Below are positions 51,842 to 64,000 of a stretch of DNA of 64,000 bases, one piece after another. A program made the position numbers and the translations under genes. The stretch is from contig CM102286.1 in the NCBI GenBank assembly GCA_046563655.1, forward strand, positions 10,726,001 through 10,790,000. The letters run 5' to 3'. The DNA comes from Yuukianura sp. NJ FZ-2021 (taxonomy: Eukaryota). The stretch's first letter is position 1. Each line of letters starts with the position of its first letter. The notes below the pieces were generated by a model. The model was given only the letters and a program-made list of their open reading frames with translations, made no database searches and had not been told where the DNA came from.

Positions 51842-54629
51842 TAGTCGAATTACAGTTATACTTAAGTGGGAAGAAAATCTGCTCTCCAGATTATGGTTTT
51901 AAAGCAAAGAGACTCAGAAGAAAAGTTGTGAATAAATGAATGAATACTACTCAAAGACAAAAGTACACACAACTTATTTTCCCTGAAGAACTAATGTAAA
52001 AGTGTATTGTTGTGGTTCGGGCTTGAGTCGGAGGCCAGTTCGGAAGCATTCGATGATGCTATTTTAAATCAGAAAGAAACCCGCTTCCTCACTGGCATCA
52101 TATCAACCCGATACAACGGTATCAGAATAAAACTATCAATTCACCCAAACATGCCGGCCACCATGACAGATCTCTGTCATCAATTTAAACACTAAGAGAC
52201 TCTTGACACCCTGATAAGGAACAGAGAGGAACTTCAGTGGTCGGATGAGCCAATCGAGCAGCGCTAGACCTACTCTTCCCCGTCAAAACTAAGAGTAGGC
52301 TCAATTTACTTGACCTCCACTGAAGCAAGAAGAAGATGAAAGTGATCAGCAGTGTCAAGGTCACGTTATCTCCCAACGGAGTTAAAATCCAAAGAAAAGA
52401 CAGGGCATGTAATAAATGATGCTTTTCATCTGATCTGAAATTCAAATAAAATGAAATTAACCTACAGTTAAACCAATGTTCAAAGGTAAAAACATGAAAG
52501 GTACAATTATGACTTAACTAATGAAATAACCTATCATTAAACTAGAAATCATAGAATGTTCTGCCCCACATAAGCAAGTAGCCGTACAAACATAACGATG
52601 CACTTCCCCTTGTGCCACGCCCGAAACACGACCACACCCGGAAGTTCAGACTCCGCTGTCAATCTTAAACGCGATTGCGCATAATTCTCTGGTTCACAAG
52701 CGCCACAAAAGAATCGATTTTCATCGTGAATTGGGTCATGAGAGGAGGTCAACCTGGGGGATGACCTCTCCCCAGATGTGTTCCACCTCCAATAAGCAGG
52801 TGTCCACCCAAGGGAGGAAATGAGCAACACAAAGACAAAACTGATGTGGCGTTACGAGTTTATTGCGCTGGTCGCCCTGCCCAGGGTTCCTTGTGACTCT
52901 AAGGCTTACGGGGTGATTCCCCACCGGGGAATCCACTGGAGAGCCCCACTTTCCGACTGCCCCACTTACACCCGAAACTCTTGCTTATATGGTGGCTCCC
53001 ACCATACCTTCCCTCTCCGTGTTCCGTTTGTGGCTTGTGAGCTTTGGTTTCCGTGTGGTTGCACGGGAACCCAAACTCACAGGTCACATCGCAGATACGA
53101 GGGCAGATCCACTGAGAAGATCACCGAGAATGTTAATCGTTTCATAAATACAATTTTGTTTTGGGCAAAGGTCTTACCATCCAAATATGTCGGGACACCA
53201 ATTACCTCTGTTTCCGTTTTCTGGTTAGCAATGAGATCACAACGATAATACATGTAGTCACCTTGGAACATGTTTTCTTGAATTTCGCTTATCGTTGCGG
53301 TGGATCGCATCTGGTTAGCTTGTAAATCCCAGAACCTTCTATCACAATTTTATATCAATTAAACGTTTCTAATTACGATACATTCTTAAGTACATACATG
53401 ATCGCAAACGTTTTAGGCATAATATTTCCTCGGCTCAGAATCGGACAGATAGCCACTAGGTCATAGATATCTCGTCGACACTGCACTGTAATAAAGAATA
53501 TCAATTACAATTGCAATAGTTTAAAGTTATCCCGTGATTGCGATCATTCTTACATCGGGAACCATGTTAGGATCCAAAAGACGCTGGCGAATAGCACCTG
53601 TTGATTTACGGATTAGCACACTTGCACCTAACAACTTCTCGTCAGGTAACATCAGAGGTGTTGCAGGGACAGGAAATGCGTTCGCGGTGTGCTCCACAAG
53701 TTTGTCTTCAAGTGCCTGTAAAAATTTTTGTGGATAAATTGAATGAAAGAAATCATATAGTTCTGCCATATACATATTCGATGCCTCGTCGTCGGATCAG
53801 TGGGTTGCACGACCGCAACAGTGTTTGGTAATCAAGACGATGCGGCACCCATGCAGGTCCGCAAATGAACCTACTGCACTTAGATTTCAGTTCGTTTTGC
53901 AAACCCCAAAAACTCCGCTCGGTAAGCATTGCTTTCTAGGTGACAGGGACCTGCCGCTTTCGCGCGTTTTGAACATCACGGGCTCGAGGGGTAGTGATCA
54001 GCCACTGTAATACATATAGTCGTTAATACTTAAAACCACCACTTACAATCAAAACTTCGACAGTACGCACTTTACAAACACTGGACTCGAGACTTGTATT
54101 TCCTAACCTGCCTGGGAATCAATGTAACGAAAAGCCCAATGTAGAATTTCATTACTAAATTGTTTCTTTTCCTTCACTGTTTTGCAACACTGAAGGATAC
54201 AACTTCGCAACCGATTGAGCTACAATTAGAAGTATCTTATTTGCGTATTAAGTAGTTAAACAAGATAGCCAACAAAAAGCTTCCCATTTGGTTTCACAAT
54301 TCATAAACGCATGAGATTCGCTATAAAGCATCAGAATCAACCACCAGATAGGGAACCAACAGCTTCCACACGACCTCAAGAATTTCAATTCCGAAACCTT
54401 CACTCCTTAAGTCGGAAATTATAGTATAATCCCACACCTTGTTGTCCACTGCACCATGGCTACCTCCTAGCCCACAAGAGGCTAACAACCTTACTTTTGC
54501 TTCCTCACACAAGTAATAACCTTAGTTTAGCTAGTAGAACCGAGATGGGACAATTCCATTTCAGTTCTTCTGGCTGAAAAGAGCTTTTTGCTGAGCCTCT
54601 GAAGTAGGAATCTAACCTAACCTACTATC

Positions 54630-54980
54630 AGTTGGAATTCAGATTTGGAAATTTTAATTGATGACAAACGGATTCCTTTTTCAAATATCATCAATGTTAA
54701 AATTTATCTGAAAGCAAAAACAAAATCTCCGTTTCAATCTACCAGTTGGATGGAATGAAGTTAATGAACATTTACAAAAATTTGAAGAAATCCAAACACC
54801 ACCACAAACTGTTCGTAGAATTCTTGCAAAAGTACCAACAGGAAAAGTTTGTAGTAGAAATTTAACTACTACAACAATTACCATTAAACCAACAACCCCG
54901 CTCTCATCCCTTTTTAAAGGAGATTCTGAAAGAAATGTTGAGGAGGTGGAGGGGGATGATGATTATGTCGAAAGTAATAC
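54630..54980 (+). pseudogene. Frameshifted remnant resembling a conserved Polinton accessory protein
   Basis: EILIDDKRIPFSNII..LPVGWNEV..L resembles the recalled I..SNI..P.GW..F..L pattern of Polinton proteins. Lies just upstream of the penton-like ORF. Confidence 0.35.
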
Positions 54981-55254
54981 ATTTGGCACACCACCAGCCT
55001 TGTCTCCATAACAACAACACTACTAATGTGTGTCCTAACCTAAACTTAATTATTCTAATCCAAATTAACCTAATAGCCCTAAACCTTAAACAACTGGTGT
55101 TTTGAAACATTTTTTTTTAAACAATTCGTATTTGAAACAATTCATTTGAAACAATGGCGTGCTCCCCCCTGCTTTACGAAGGTGGATTTTAAACCCAATA
55201 GGCAAACGTGGGGTGTTAGTCGCTGTCAACCACGTGGGGAAAGCCACGCAGGGA

Positions 55255-55385
55255 AAAAATTCCCTGCGTGCAACTTGGATGTTTTCTCTGCGTGCAACTT
55301 GGGTTTTAAACCCTGCGTACAACTTGGGTTTAAGCCCTGCGTACAACATGGGTTTAAACCCTGCGTGCAACAGGGGTTGAGAGAC
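55255..55385. repeat. About 24-bp tandem repeat with palindromic units, about 5 copies
   Basis: aaaccc-tgcgtacaactt-gggttt and variants. Confidence 0.85.
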
Positions 55386-55489
55386 CCTGCCCCCATACTT
55401 TTTTTTTATGTAAAACATATTCAATATAAATTTTGTATTTTGTATTAGTTTGTATTTGTATTTGATTGAATAAACACTTCCTAATTAAA

Positions 55490-55975
55490 ATGGCACATCT
55501 ACAGCGTGATACATCTCTTTTGTACCATTACAATCCTATGCATGCATGGATTTATCCCGACAATACAATTTCAAGTTTTAAGCATCGTTTCTCTACATCA
55601 ATCTCTCTGCCAGCTGGGCAGTGGGAAGTTGCGCTTCCAGAACTCTCATATACATTTGGAAATGCAATATTACACTCTGGTGATACATTATTTTCAACAT
55701 TTAGAAAAAAAAAGGATGACAACGGAGTATCAAGGCTAAAAACATATATTTGCAGCAGAGACATTACAAGTGAACAAGAACTGATTCAAGAACTGTCATC
55801 TGCTCTAGACGGAGCAATTTTTCAAATTAGGAACACCATTTTCTATTATCAAATTCTACTGTCAATTGGAGTAGATGGAATTATTGTTTCACAGAAATTG
55901 TTTGATATTCTAGGACTATCTCATCCAGAACTGCAAGTAGTCCTACAAAAATCAGCTCTACGAAAGAAATGCTGA
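55490..55975 (+). CDS. Polinton/adintovirus penton (minor capsid)-like protein, probably truncated
   Basis: YPDNTISSFKHRFSTSISLPAGQWEVALPELSY matches the recalled penton N-terminal pattern YP.N..S.F...L...I.L.G.WEVAL.E..Y. Confidence 0.65.
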   Translation: MAHLQRDTSLLYHYNPMHAWIYPDNTISSFKHRFSTSISLPAGQWEVALPELSYTFGNAILHSGDTLFSTFRKKKDDNGVSRLKTYICSRDITSEQELIQELSSALDGAIFQIRNTIFYYQILLSIGVDGIIVSQKLFDILGLSHPELQVVLQKSALRKKC

Positions 55976-56654
55976 CCTAAAAGGTCAAGGAACAATGCCA
56001 GTATTTTTTTGTTGAAAATAACTTCAATAAAGTTGTAAAGCCCGATGAACTTTGGATTTTGTTGATTATTATTTTAACCGTTAATTCTTACTGATACAAA
56101 CTTCTACGAGGCACTGCTTACTGTGTCTTAAAGCGACCGTATTTATACTACCTAAATGACCTACAATTAACATTAGTCATCTAGATAACCTTAATTACAA
56201 AACGTCGCGTTCTTATAAAATAAAGTACGTAATGACCTATTACAATTTCCCTTTCGTTATTTCTGTGAGTAGTTAACCTCAACCTGAAAACCTAATAAAG
56301 ATAAAGAGTAGTTTAGCAATTCCTGTTCTTAATCTAATTTGCATATATAAGTAACCTAGATCAAGATTACTCATTTAATCATTTGATGCGTCATAAGAAT
56401 GATTAATTCTTGTTTGTTATTTTAACAGTATTTTTAACATTTTTAATACGGGAAACACAAATATGTTTGTATACTGTCACTTAATCAATCAATCAATACG
56501 TTTATTTGACATTCGCAATTGCCCTATCAAGTCACACTTTAGTTTAGATTTAGTGTGAATTTGAGCTTATAATTTAAAATACAGTAAAACGTTTAAAGTA
56601 GAGTTGAAATTTAGGGTTGGTTTGACTGTTATTGAATTTAAGTTGAGCAAGTGA

Positions 56655-59230
56655 GACAGGTCACCAAGGATCGCCCAAGAGCCGAAATGACCGAGAATTT
56701 CCAGTGCCACCAGCGGAAGTGACCATGCGCAAGTTTCTGAATGGAACTGAACTTCTGTTCAAACTGGAGGCTGACCTTCGCCTTGCGTATCCAACATTTG
56801 TACAGGAATTTGTATCTGTTCACTGTGAAGGAGTTTTGCATACACTCGAGGCGTTGAAGTTGATTCAAACAGCTCTTGACGAGGTCAACGGACTTCGGGA
56901 ACAACGGAAACTATTCATGGACGAACAGAAATGTTTACAGTGTCTTCCACTTTGTCTCAGGTAGGAATTTCAGCAACAAATGCAATCTATTAAAAAATTT
57001 GAGTCAAATGTGGCTCAAACGTATTTGAATCCTGAAAGATTCGACTTGTATTTTGTTTTAAAAATTCTTCAGTTTTCATGATTTTTCAGCAAACGCTTGT
57101 TTTAACTTGTTTAAGTTATGTTTAATTTATTTTATTTTTTTTAAAGAAATATCGAAGCCGTGTCAAAATTGTCGACGCATCCAGGCGGACTTTATCCGAT
57201 CGCTGCCGCAACAGTGTCAACCGTAACAGCGACACGAATAATTGCACTCGAGGTAAAACATTTTGCGTATTTGAGTATTTGACTTCTATTTGGCTTTATG
57301 CTTTTATCCAATACCTTTTTGAATTGTTTCAAATAGATCCTGACCTGCATTTGTTCCGAAGGTGGTTCTGATGGTCACTTCAAGGTATCTGAAGCCATTT
57401 CCACTCTTCGTTTGCGTCTCGGCGAGCCTATTCGCTGCAAGCTCCTCATTGGTGCAATTTATTCAGCTGCACCAGGGACATTCCAGGCCAGAGGAATTCG
57501 GTTTCTTACGGCTTGGGTTGCTTCAGCTCCTAGTCCTCGACACAAAGTTCACATTCAGTGTGAACTGGAAGAAGCTGGCTTCTCTCCCGCTGCACTACGA
57601 AGGGTTTGTTCACACTGTTACAGGAGTTACAATTTTATGACTTCAGTTATATATTAGTTACAATGTTACTTTATTGCAGGGAGCCGAATTGGGAGGTGCT
57701 CGAGAGGCACGTCAAGTCCAATCCGAGTTGGACAGCTGGGATCGTGTCGCCATTGACGTTGACACGTTCACCAGACAGAACTCTCAGCTGAGAAACAGTG
57801 TAGCGACACTTCAACAAGAGCTGGCGACATTAAAGGACAAACTCAAAGTAAGGCTCCTTAGAAGCTGATCTTAAGTCAATTGGAGTAGGATCGTGTCATA
57901 ATTTGGTTGAATTTTCAGCGAATGGATCCATACCCCCCAAAAGCCGAAGAAGTTCGACGAAGAACGCCTAAGCCGAAACGAACCGAAGAGTTGGCAACGA
58001 CTCCAGCCGATTCCGAAGAAGAAGCGGAGTAGATTCATCAAATTTTGGAGGATTTGAACAACATTGTAAATTCAGAATTGAACTTGGAAAACGAACAGAA
58101 GAGTTCCAAATCCAAATCGTCGAAAACAATCGAAAGCGATATTGTTCCAGTTCATCTTGTAAATCCTCCTAAAAAAGCAAGTGGAAAGCAAGGACCAATG
58201 TCTCCTCTCGAGGTCACTACACGACCATGGCCAGGGTCATCTGCCAGTGACGATGATGATGAGTCCGACTTGGCTCAGACGCCAAGTCCCAAAATGAATC
58301 CAAAAGCCGACGTGAATGAGTCTGGCAAGACCAAAAACGTCAGAAAAGTGGTCCAGGCTTTAGAAAATACACATCCTAAACTCTACTTTAAACAGGGCGA
58401 GTCTAAGGTCAACTCAGGTCAAAGATCAGCCTCGGGAAACCCCAAAAGAGACTCAACTGCTTAATTTTCACAAACAGAATCACATGGCCAATAAATTTGC
58501 AAATTTCAAAAGCTCCAAACTCTACGCATCAAGTCCCGACAACAGTTGCAGCGGTGGCCATCAGCAGGATCCGCCTCCGTCTCCGTCTTTCTACCAATCA
58601 GAAGGCAAGAAAGCAGAAATGGTAGGGGTCAAAGGGCTCCGACGTTCAGAATCGCTTCATACTTCACTGGTATCCATCCCAGGCGCGGGAAATTTCGGTT
58701 CCCCATTTGGAAGCAAGTCAAGCAACAAGTCGTCACCGAAAGGTCAATCCCGATCAAAGTCCAAAAGTCAAGCAGTCGTATTGGACAAATGGAAATCTTT
58801 CGATGACCTTGACATTGATGACAACTTTACACTACGCTGGAAGTATCCCAATGCAGAACTTAAGAACGTTGAAGTGAAGGCTTTTCAGGACAAGGTCAAA
58901 GGGAAATCGAGTGGAAGGGATGGTGGAGGTAGAATTTTTGAGTTGTTTAACGATTACCGTCAAAACCGTTTTTCAAAGAGTAATGGAGAGGGGTCACGCG
59001 GTTCTAGTGGATCGCCTGTTAGCAGAAGTTCGAATCAACCAGCAAGTATCTTTAGTATTGGAAAGTACTCGAAGAAGTCATCGCAAAGTGTTCCAGGAGT
59101 AAATAACTCCAAGGACCATGCAAGCAGCGACAAGGACCTCAAAATGTTTAGCCTTCCTCCAATTTTTGTTTCTCAGGGCATTGACCTCATGACCCACCGA
59201 ATCTGTGACCTCCCGTCAGGATTGTACTAA
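56655..59230 (+). pseudogene. mwh: mwh-like pseudogene, copy 2
   Basis: Homology starts in mid exon 2 (equivalent to 11201). CAG>TAG at 58030-58032 and a 2-bp deletion at about 58453. Introns retained. Confidence 0.9.
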
Positions 59231-59962
59231 AGAAATGAATACTTGCAAACCAAACAGTGAGGGCTTCTTTCAGAGTGGAGAACCTAAAGTATGAAGATTA
59301 ATCGAATTTGAACATAAGAAAAGACCCAAACTTCCATTTTTATATTTGACAGATCAAAATTATGTGAATGACAGTATAAATCCAAAGATTTACTTACAAA
59401 GATGTATAACGCAAAATCGCCCAATACATGTATGATAATTATATTTTAAATAAAACTGACTACAAATAACAAGCCTTGACCTTTCACCCTGAAAAAGTTG
59501 ACCTACCGGGATATATTCAATAACATTCAACGCATACACAACTAAATTCTGTTTTGAAAATACGTTTGTATCCATTCAAATTTATTTCATGTTTTGTTGA
59601 AAATTCTTTTTTTTTGTGCTACCATTTTATCCTATTTCTTATTTTCAGTTTACCATTTTTACAATACGATCGAACATTTTCCTGAAAGGTGCAAGCTCAA
59701 CCTGTTTTTTGAAGCCTAACTTGGAGTCCACGGCATAATCTAAACAGCAATAGTCTAAGCATCCAAAAATCTAAGCAGCACAAAATCTAAAGCATGCTAA
59801 ATTAGGTAATTAACACTTAAATTATGCTTACGAACGTAAGCCTAACCTAACTTTAAAGTGTACGCCAAATAACCTAACTAACCAAACCTACTAATCAAAA
59901 TCCACTGTAACATCATCGTCATGATGATCCTCATAATATCATGCTCATCATAAAATATTATT

Positions 59963-60596
59963 AAGTATCGTCAGATACTTATAGGGATCGTATTGTCCGT
60001 CCATCCGTCCGTCTGTCCGTCCGTCCGTCCGTCCGTTTGCAATGCTTATTACTCGATAACCACTACACTTATTTCTAAGGGGTTTTCTTTAATTAGTAAC
60101 TGTTGACCTGAGGACTATAAATCAGTTTTTGGATTCACCTCAAGTGACCTGCAATAGTGTCAAAGGTCAAGGTTATGCTCCCCTAGAATACGCAAACAGA
60201 TGGACATACTCGAAAGCGGTTTGCGGGTATGCTATTTTGGTGACCTCGAGTGACCTCTGACAGGGTCAGAGCTCAAGGTTATCTTTTTTTGTGCAATTCG
60301 CAAATGGATGGACAGACTCGGAAACGGTTTGCGGGAATGCCATTTTGATGACCTCGAGTGACCTCTAACAGGGTCAGACCTCAAGGTCATATTTTCTCTA
60401 CCTTTCGGAGATAGATGGACCTACATTAACATGCAGTGGTTTGCGGGAATGGAGCTTTGACTGTGACTATGATTCCGACCGTTGTTTGACCTTAACCTCT
60501 AATAATATCAGAGCTCAGGTTCAACAATCATGCGCGCTACCTGTCTATAATTGATCTGACGATACTTATTTACATCGTCTTTGCAAGAAGTTTATT
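59963..60596 (+). mobile_element. HINE of a different family, absent from copy 1
   Basis: 5' hairpin aagtatc-gtca-gatactt, (GTCC)n, 3' subterminal repeat atctgacgatactt, small stem-loop tctt-tgc-aaga, ttatt ends. Empty site aaaatattattctcatc at about 15400. Confidence 0.85.
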
Positions 60597-61164
60597 CTCA
60601 TCTAACATCATGCTCATCAGATGTTGGCTTGCTTAGATTTTTGTTGCTTATACATTATGACTTGCTTCGCTCAACTGTGTGTATTTTCGGCTCTTCAAGT
60701 ATTCCACCCTGAAGGAACAGCCCATGGCAATTCCAAATGCGTCGCTTTTTCGAAAAAAAAAAATCTAAAAAAAACATTTTGTTTGCATTTGGAAGTTTGA
60801 AACATGAAATAATCAATATTCTCCGCTTGCAATTTGCTGTTGTTGTTATTCCTGTTTGCCTTCTAAAACGTACACTGTTGTAAAATCGCAGCATTAAGGT
60901 ATTTAACGCAATTCCATTCGACTTTAATTTATAATTTAAAAACTTTGAACATTCTTTTAAAGCTTTCTTTAACATTACTAGTTATCTTTTAAATTCACTC
61001 GCTGAATTTATTAATTTATTTATTTTTAATTTGTCCGGGCATGGGTAACGTTGGTTCTGCGTAACTGCATATTTCTACATGTTCGAAAAGCTGCCAAAAA
61101 TTGCCCCATGGATTGCTAAATCGATTTTGTCAATTTTTTTCAGTAGACTTAACGAAAGTCTAAA

Positions 61165-62271
61165 ATGAAGAAGCCGGTTAAAAATTCACTCAGGTGCGGC
61201 TCATGTGCAGAAAAGTTCTCCAGTAGACACCTACTAGCAGAACATACGGTTTGCGTACACAATTCCAGGATGTTCCAGTGCGTAACATGTGACAAAAAAT
61301 ATGCATCCAGAGCCAGTTTAAAACGGCATGCGTTAATCCATTCAACGGTAAAATCCCATGAATGTACAATGTGTCCAAAAATGTTTATCAAGAAAGAAGA
61401 CTTGGATTGTCACTTACGAGTGCACACTGGCGAGGACATGGAGAAATGTGATCAGTGCGGCAAAAATTTTGCATGGAAGTCCAGTTTAAAAGCACATCTA
61501 ATCACACACATCAAAACTGATCATCACATCTGCGATATTTGTGGCCGGAAGTTGTCAACTGCAGCGAATCTCGTCCTGCATATGCGCACTCACACAGGCG
61601 AAAAACCATTCATATGCAGCGTTTGCTCCGTAAAATTTGCTTCAAAGCGCAGTTTACGTCGACATCAAAAACTTCACGACCTTATAAAACAATTTTCGTG
61701 CTCACTTTGTCCTTACAGTTCACGTCGGAAACAGGATCTATTGAGACACATGGAACTTCATAATCCCCAAAACCCACACAAATGTGCAGCGTGTCCCAAA
61801 GTTTTCATGCGTGAAATGGACCTAAGTACACACAGGCGTAGAATACATGGACTAGGGAAGCCGTTTCTTTGCAAATTCTGTCACAAGACAATCCATGGTG
61901 ACCATTGGGCTCATTTGCGGAGTCATGAAGAATTTCGAAATAGACATCAATGCCCAACATGCGGAAAACATTTTTCAACAAAAAGCCATGTTTTGGAACA
62001 TATCCAGCGACACGGAGGACAAAAGCCGTTGAACTGCAAATTGTGTCCAATTCAGTTTTTCCTAAAAAGGGACCTAGCTGTCCACGTTAGAGAACATACC
62101 GGGGAGAAGCCGTTTGTGTGCCAAGCATGCGCAGGCGAGTTCGCAACGTCGCAGATTTTAAAGAAACATGAACAAAATACTTGTAACAAAAATGAAGCTG
62201 AACTACGTCAATACCACCTGAAGTTGGAAAAGCGGGAACTCAGAGTCGTTCTTAAACGAATTCAAATTTAA
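61165..62271 (+). CDS. C2H2 zinc-finger protein, 368 aa, 12 fingers (last one C2HC), intact
   Basis: Uninterrupted ORF with tandem CxxC..HxxxH units and HTGEKPF linkers. Confidence 0.9.
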   Translation: MKKPVKNSLRCGSCAEKFSSRHLLAEHTVCVHNSRMFQCVTCDKKYASRASLKRHALIHSTVKSHECTMCPKMFIKKEDLDCHLRVHTGEDMEKCDQCGKNFAWKSSLKAHLITHIKTDHHICDICGRKLSTAANLVLHMRTHTGEKPFICSVCSVKFASKRSLRRHQKLHDLIKQFSCSLCPYSSRRKQDLLRHMELHNPQNPHKCAACPKVFMREMDLSTHRRRIHGLGKPFLCKFCHKTIHGDHWAHLRSHEEFRNRHQCPTCGKHFSTKSHVLEHIQRHGGQKPLNCKLCPIQFFLKRDLAVHVREHTGEKPFVCQACAGEFATSQILKKHEQNTCNKNEAELRQYHLKLEKRELRVVLKRIQI

Positions 62272-62731
62272 TTTCGTAAAAGCAAAACTTGAACCTTAAA
62301 ATTAAATGTTTGAAAAAGCTAATTTAGCTGAACTTACCTATATAAATATTTAATATTTCCAGAATATAATATAATAAGTTTAAATTAGTGTTGAAGTGTA
62401 AAATAGCTAAGAAACAACTAGTACTAAAACAGCTTGATTACATTACATGGTATTGTCAACTCTCTTACTTTCAACTCATCTTCAATTCAACTCGACTTAG
62501 CGTCTGCAACGCATTCCTTTATCATTTCGATCTTATAATTTTAAGTTTTTCGTAATTTTTTTTTATTAGTTTGTAACTTTATGCCGCGTTCATCTAAAAA
62601 TTTTTTGTACGTTTAATTCCTTACTAGTTAAGAGTTAGTTGAACACTTCAAGCATTTCTCAATGTTTTCGGCGTACCAAAACTTTTGGTAGAATTTGGTA
62701 GCCGGTCTAAAAGCCGTATCAATTACCAACT

Positions 62732-63011
62732 GACTAATCGAAAAAATAGCGACTTTTAGTTTTGACGGAGATGTGAAACAGTTCGGCTGACACAACGCTA
62801 GATAGTAAATTAGTCAATCCGTCCGAGAAAGCCTCTGAACTGGTCAACCAACCAAAACTACGGCAAGAAGATACCAACTGCTATACTTTTATTTATTATG
62901 TAAATTAATTTATAGCCAGACTCTATAATCCGATCTTCATGTACAAACGATTACCATGGCCCCGTGGGCTGAGTGCCCGATGGGCCTAATAAATAAATAA
63001 ATAAATAAATA
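62732..63011 (+). mobile_element. 5'-truncated non-LTR retrotransposon (or SINE) 3' end
   Basis: 11-bp duplication aattaccaact (62721-62731 and 63012-63022), (TAAA)n tail preceded by a GC-rich stem-loop. Empty site at about 17535. Confidence 0.9.
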
Positions 63012-63078
63012 AATTACCAACTCCCTCCAGAAGACCAATGCTCAACCCTTCAGCATCGCCCTACCTTGTTTATAGTAC

Positions 63079-63738
63079 AAATGCTAAAAAAGAGTTGGAA
63101 GGCAAGTGCGGAAACATTGAGTGAAAATTGATGCCTGAACCATTTTCAATGAGGAATCCAAAAATGTAATTTGTTTTCTCCCAGCTTCGGTCCCGTTTTT
63201 CAACTTTTTCGAAATTTCACTTTTTTAAGGCAAAAATGCTGAAAAAGAGTTGGAAGGCAAGTGCGGAAACATTGAGTGAAAATTGATTTCTGAACCATTT
63301 TCAATGAGGAATCCAAAAATGTAATTTGTTTTCTCCCAGCTTCGGTCCCGTTTTTCAACTTTTTTGAAATTGCACTTTTTTAGAGCAAAAATGCTAAAAA
63401 AGAGTTGGAAGGCAAGTGCGGAAACATTGAGTGAAAATTGATTCCTGAACCATTTTCAATGAGGAATCCAAAAATGTAATTTGTTTTTACCCAGCTTCGG
63501 TCCCGTTTTTCAACTTTTTAGAAATTGCACTTTTTTAGAGTAAAAATGCTAAAAAGGAGTTGGAAGGCAAGTGCGAAAACATTGAGTGGAAATTGATTTC
63601 TGAACCATTTTCAATGAGGAATCCAAAAATGTAATTTGTTTTTACCCAGCTTCGGTCCCGTTTTTCAACTTTTTTGAAATTGCACTTTTTTAGAGTAAAA
63701 ATGCTAAAAAGGAGTTGGAAGGCAAGTGCGGAAACATT
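63079..63738. repeat. 155-bp tandem repeat, 4 full units plus a partial unit
   Basis: Unit marker at 63092, 63247, 63402, 63557 and 63712. Confidence 0.95.
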
Positions 63739-64000
63739 TGTTTTACTTTTCAGGAAAAATATTGGGAAAACAGGTTCGAAAACCAATAGGGATATACTGG
63801 GTGAAAGTTATTTCCTAGTTATGTTAAATGATTGGTTTTTTTAAAAACTTCTCCGTTGGAGCAAGTTATTTGAAACAATAGCATGGAGCCTGTGGTTTGT
63901 TCCTAGTTTTTGCAAAAAGTATTTCGAGATGCGAGGGAAACTCCTTCAAGTTAGATAGAGAATGATAATAGTTTACGAATGTTTTGCTTTAAATTAAATG

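Larger units (their letters stand above)
56655..64000 (+). repeat. Direct segmental duplication of 11201-18678, continuing past the window end
   Basis: Colinear similarity across exons, introns and intergenic DNA at an offset of about 45 kb. Confidence 0.97.

Noticed and set aside
53077..53775. Minus-strand ORF fragments, one with YMYYRCDLI resembling a penton C-terminal motif
   Set aside because: Match too short and on the opposite strand from the penton-like ORF; cannot be assigned without a profile search.

Overview
AT-rich, intron-containing arthropod-type eukaryotic DNA (short GT-AG introns, TTAGG runs, an mwh homolog). The window has two direct copies of a gene block. Copy 1 (about 10.7-24.5 kb) carries an intact 6-exon multiple wing hairs (mwh)-like GBD/FH3 gene, a frameshifted 12-finger C2H2 gene, a 155-bp tandem array and a multiply disrupted POGLUT2/KDELC-like gene. 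Copy 2 (56655 to the window end) carries a 5'-truncated, broken mwh and an intact zinc-finger gene. Between them is about 32 kb of nested mobile DNA: Helentron-type HINEs, pogo and IS630/Tc1-like elements, MITEs, solo LTRs, a Ty3/Gypsy remnant, a tRNA-derived SINE and Polinton/Maverick-like pieces. The Polinton-like pieces are two pPolB fragments, a penton-like ORF and an AGTAGT terminus. Among them sit two apparently intact spliced genes that the ORF track splits: a tandem-chromodomain protein and a divergent PC4-like protein. All family calls come from motif recognition by eye; no database search was run.
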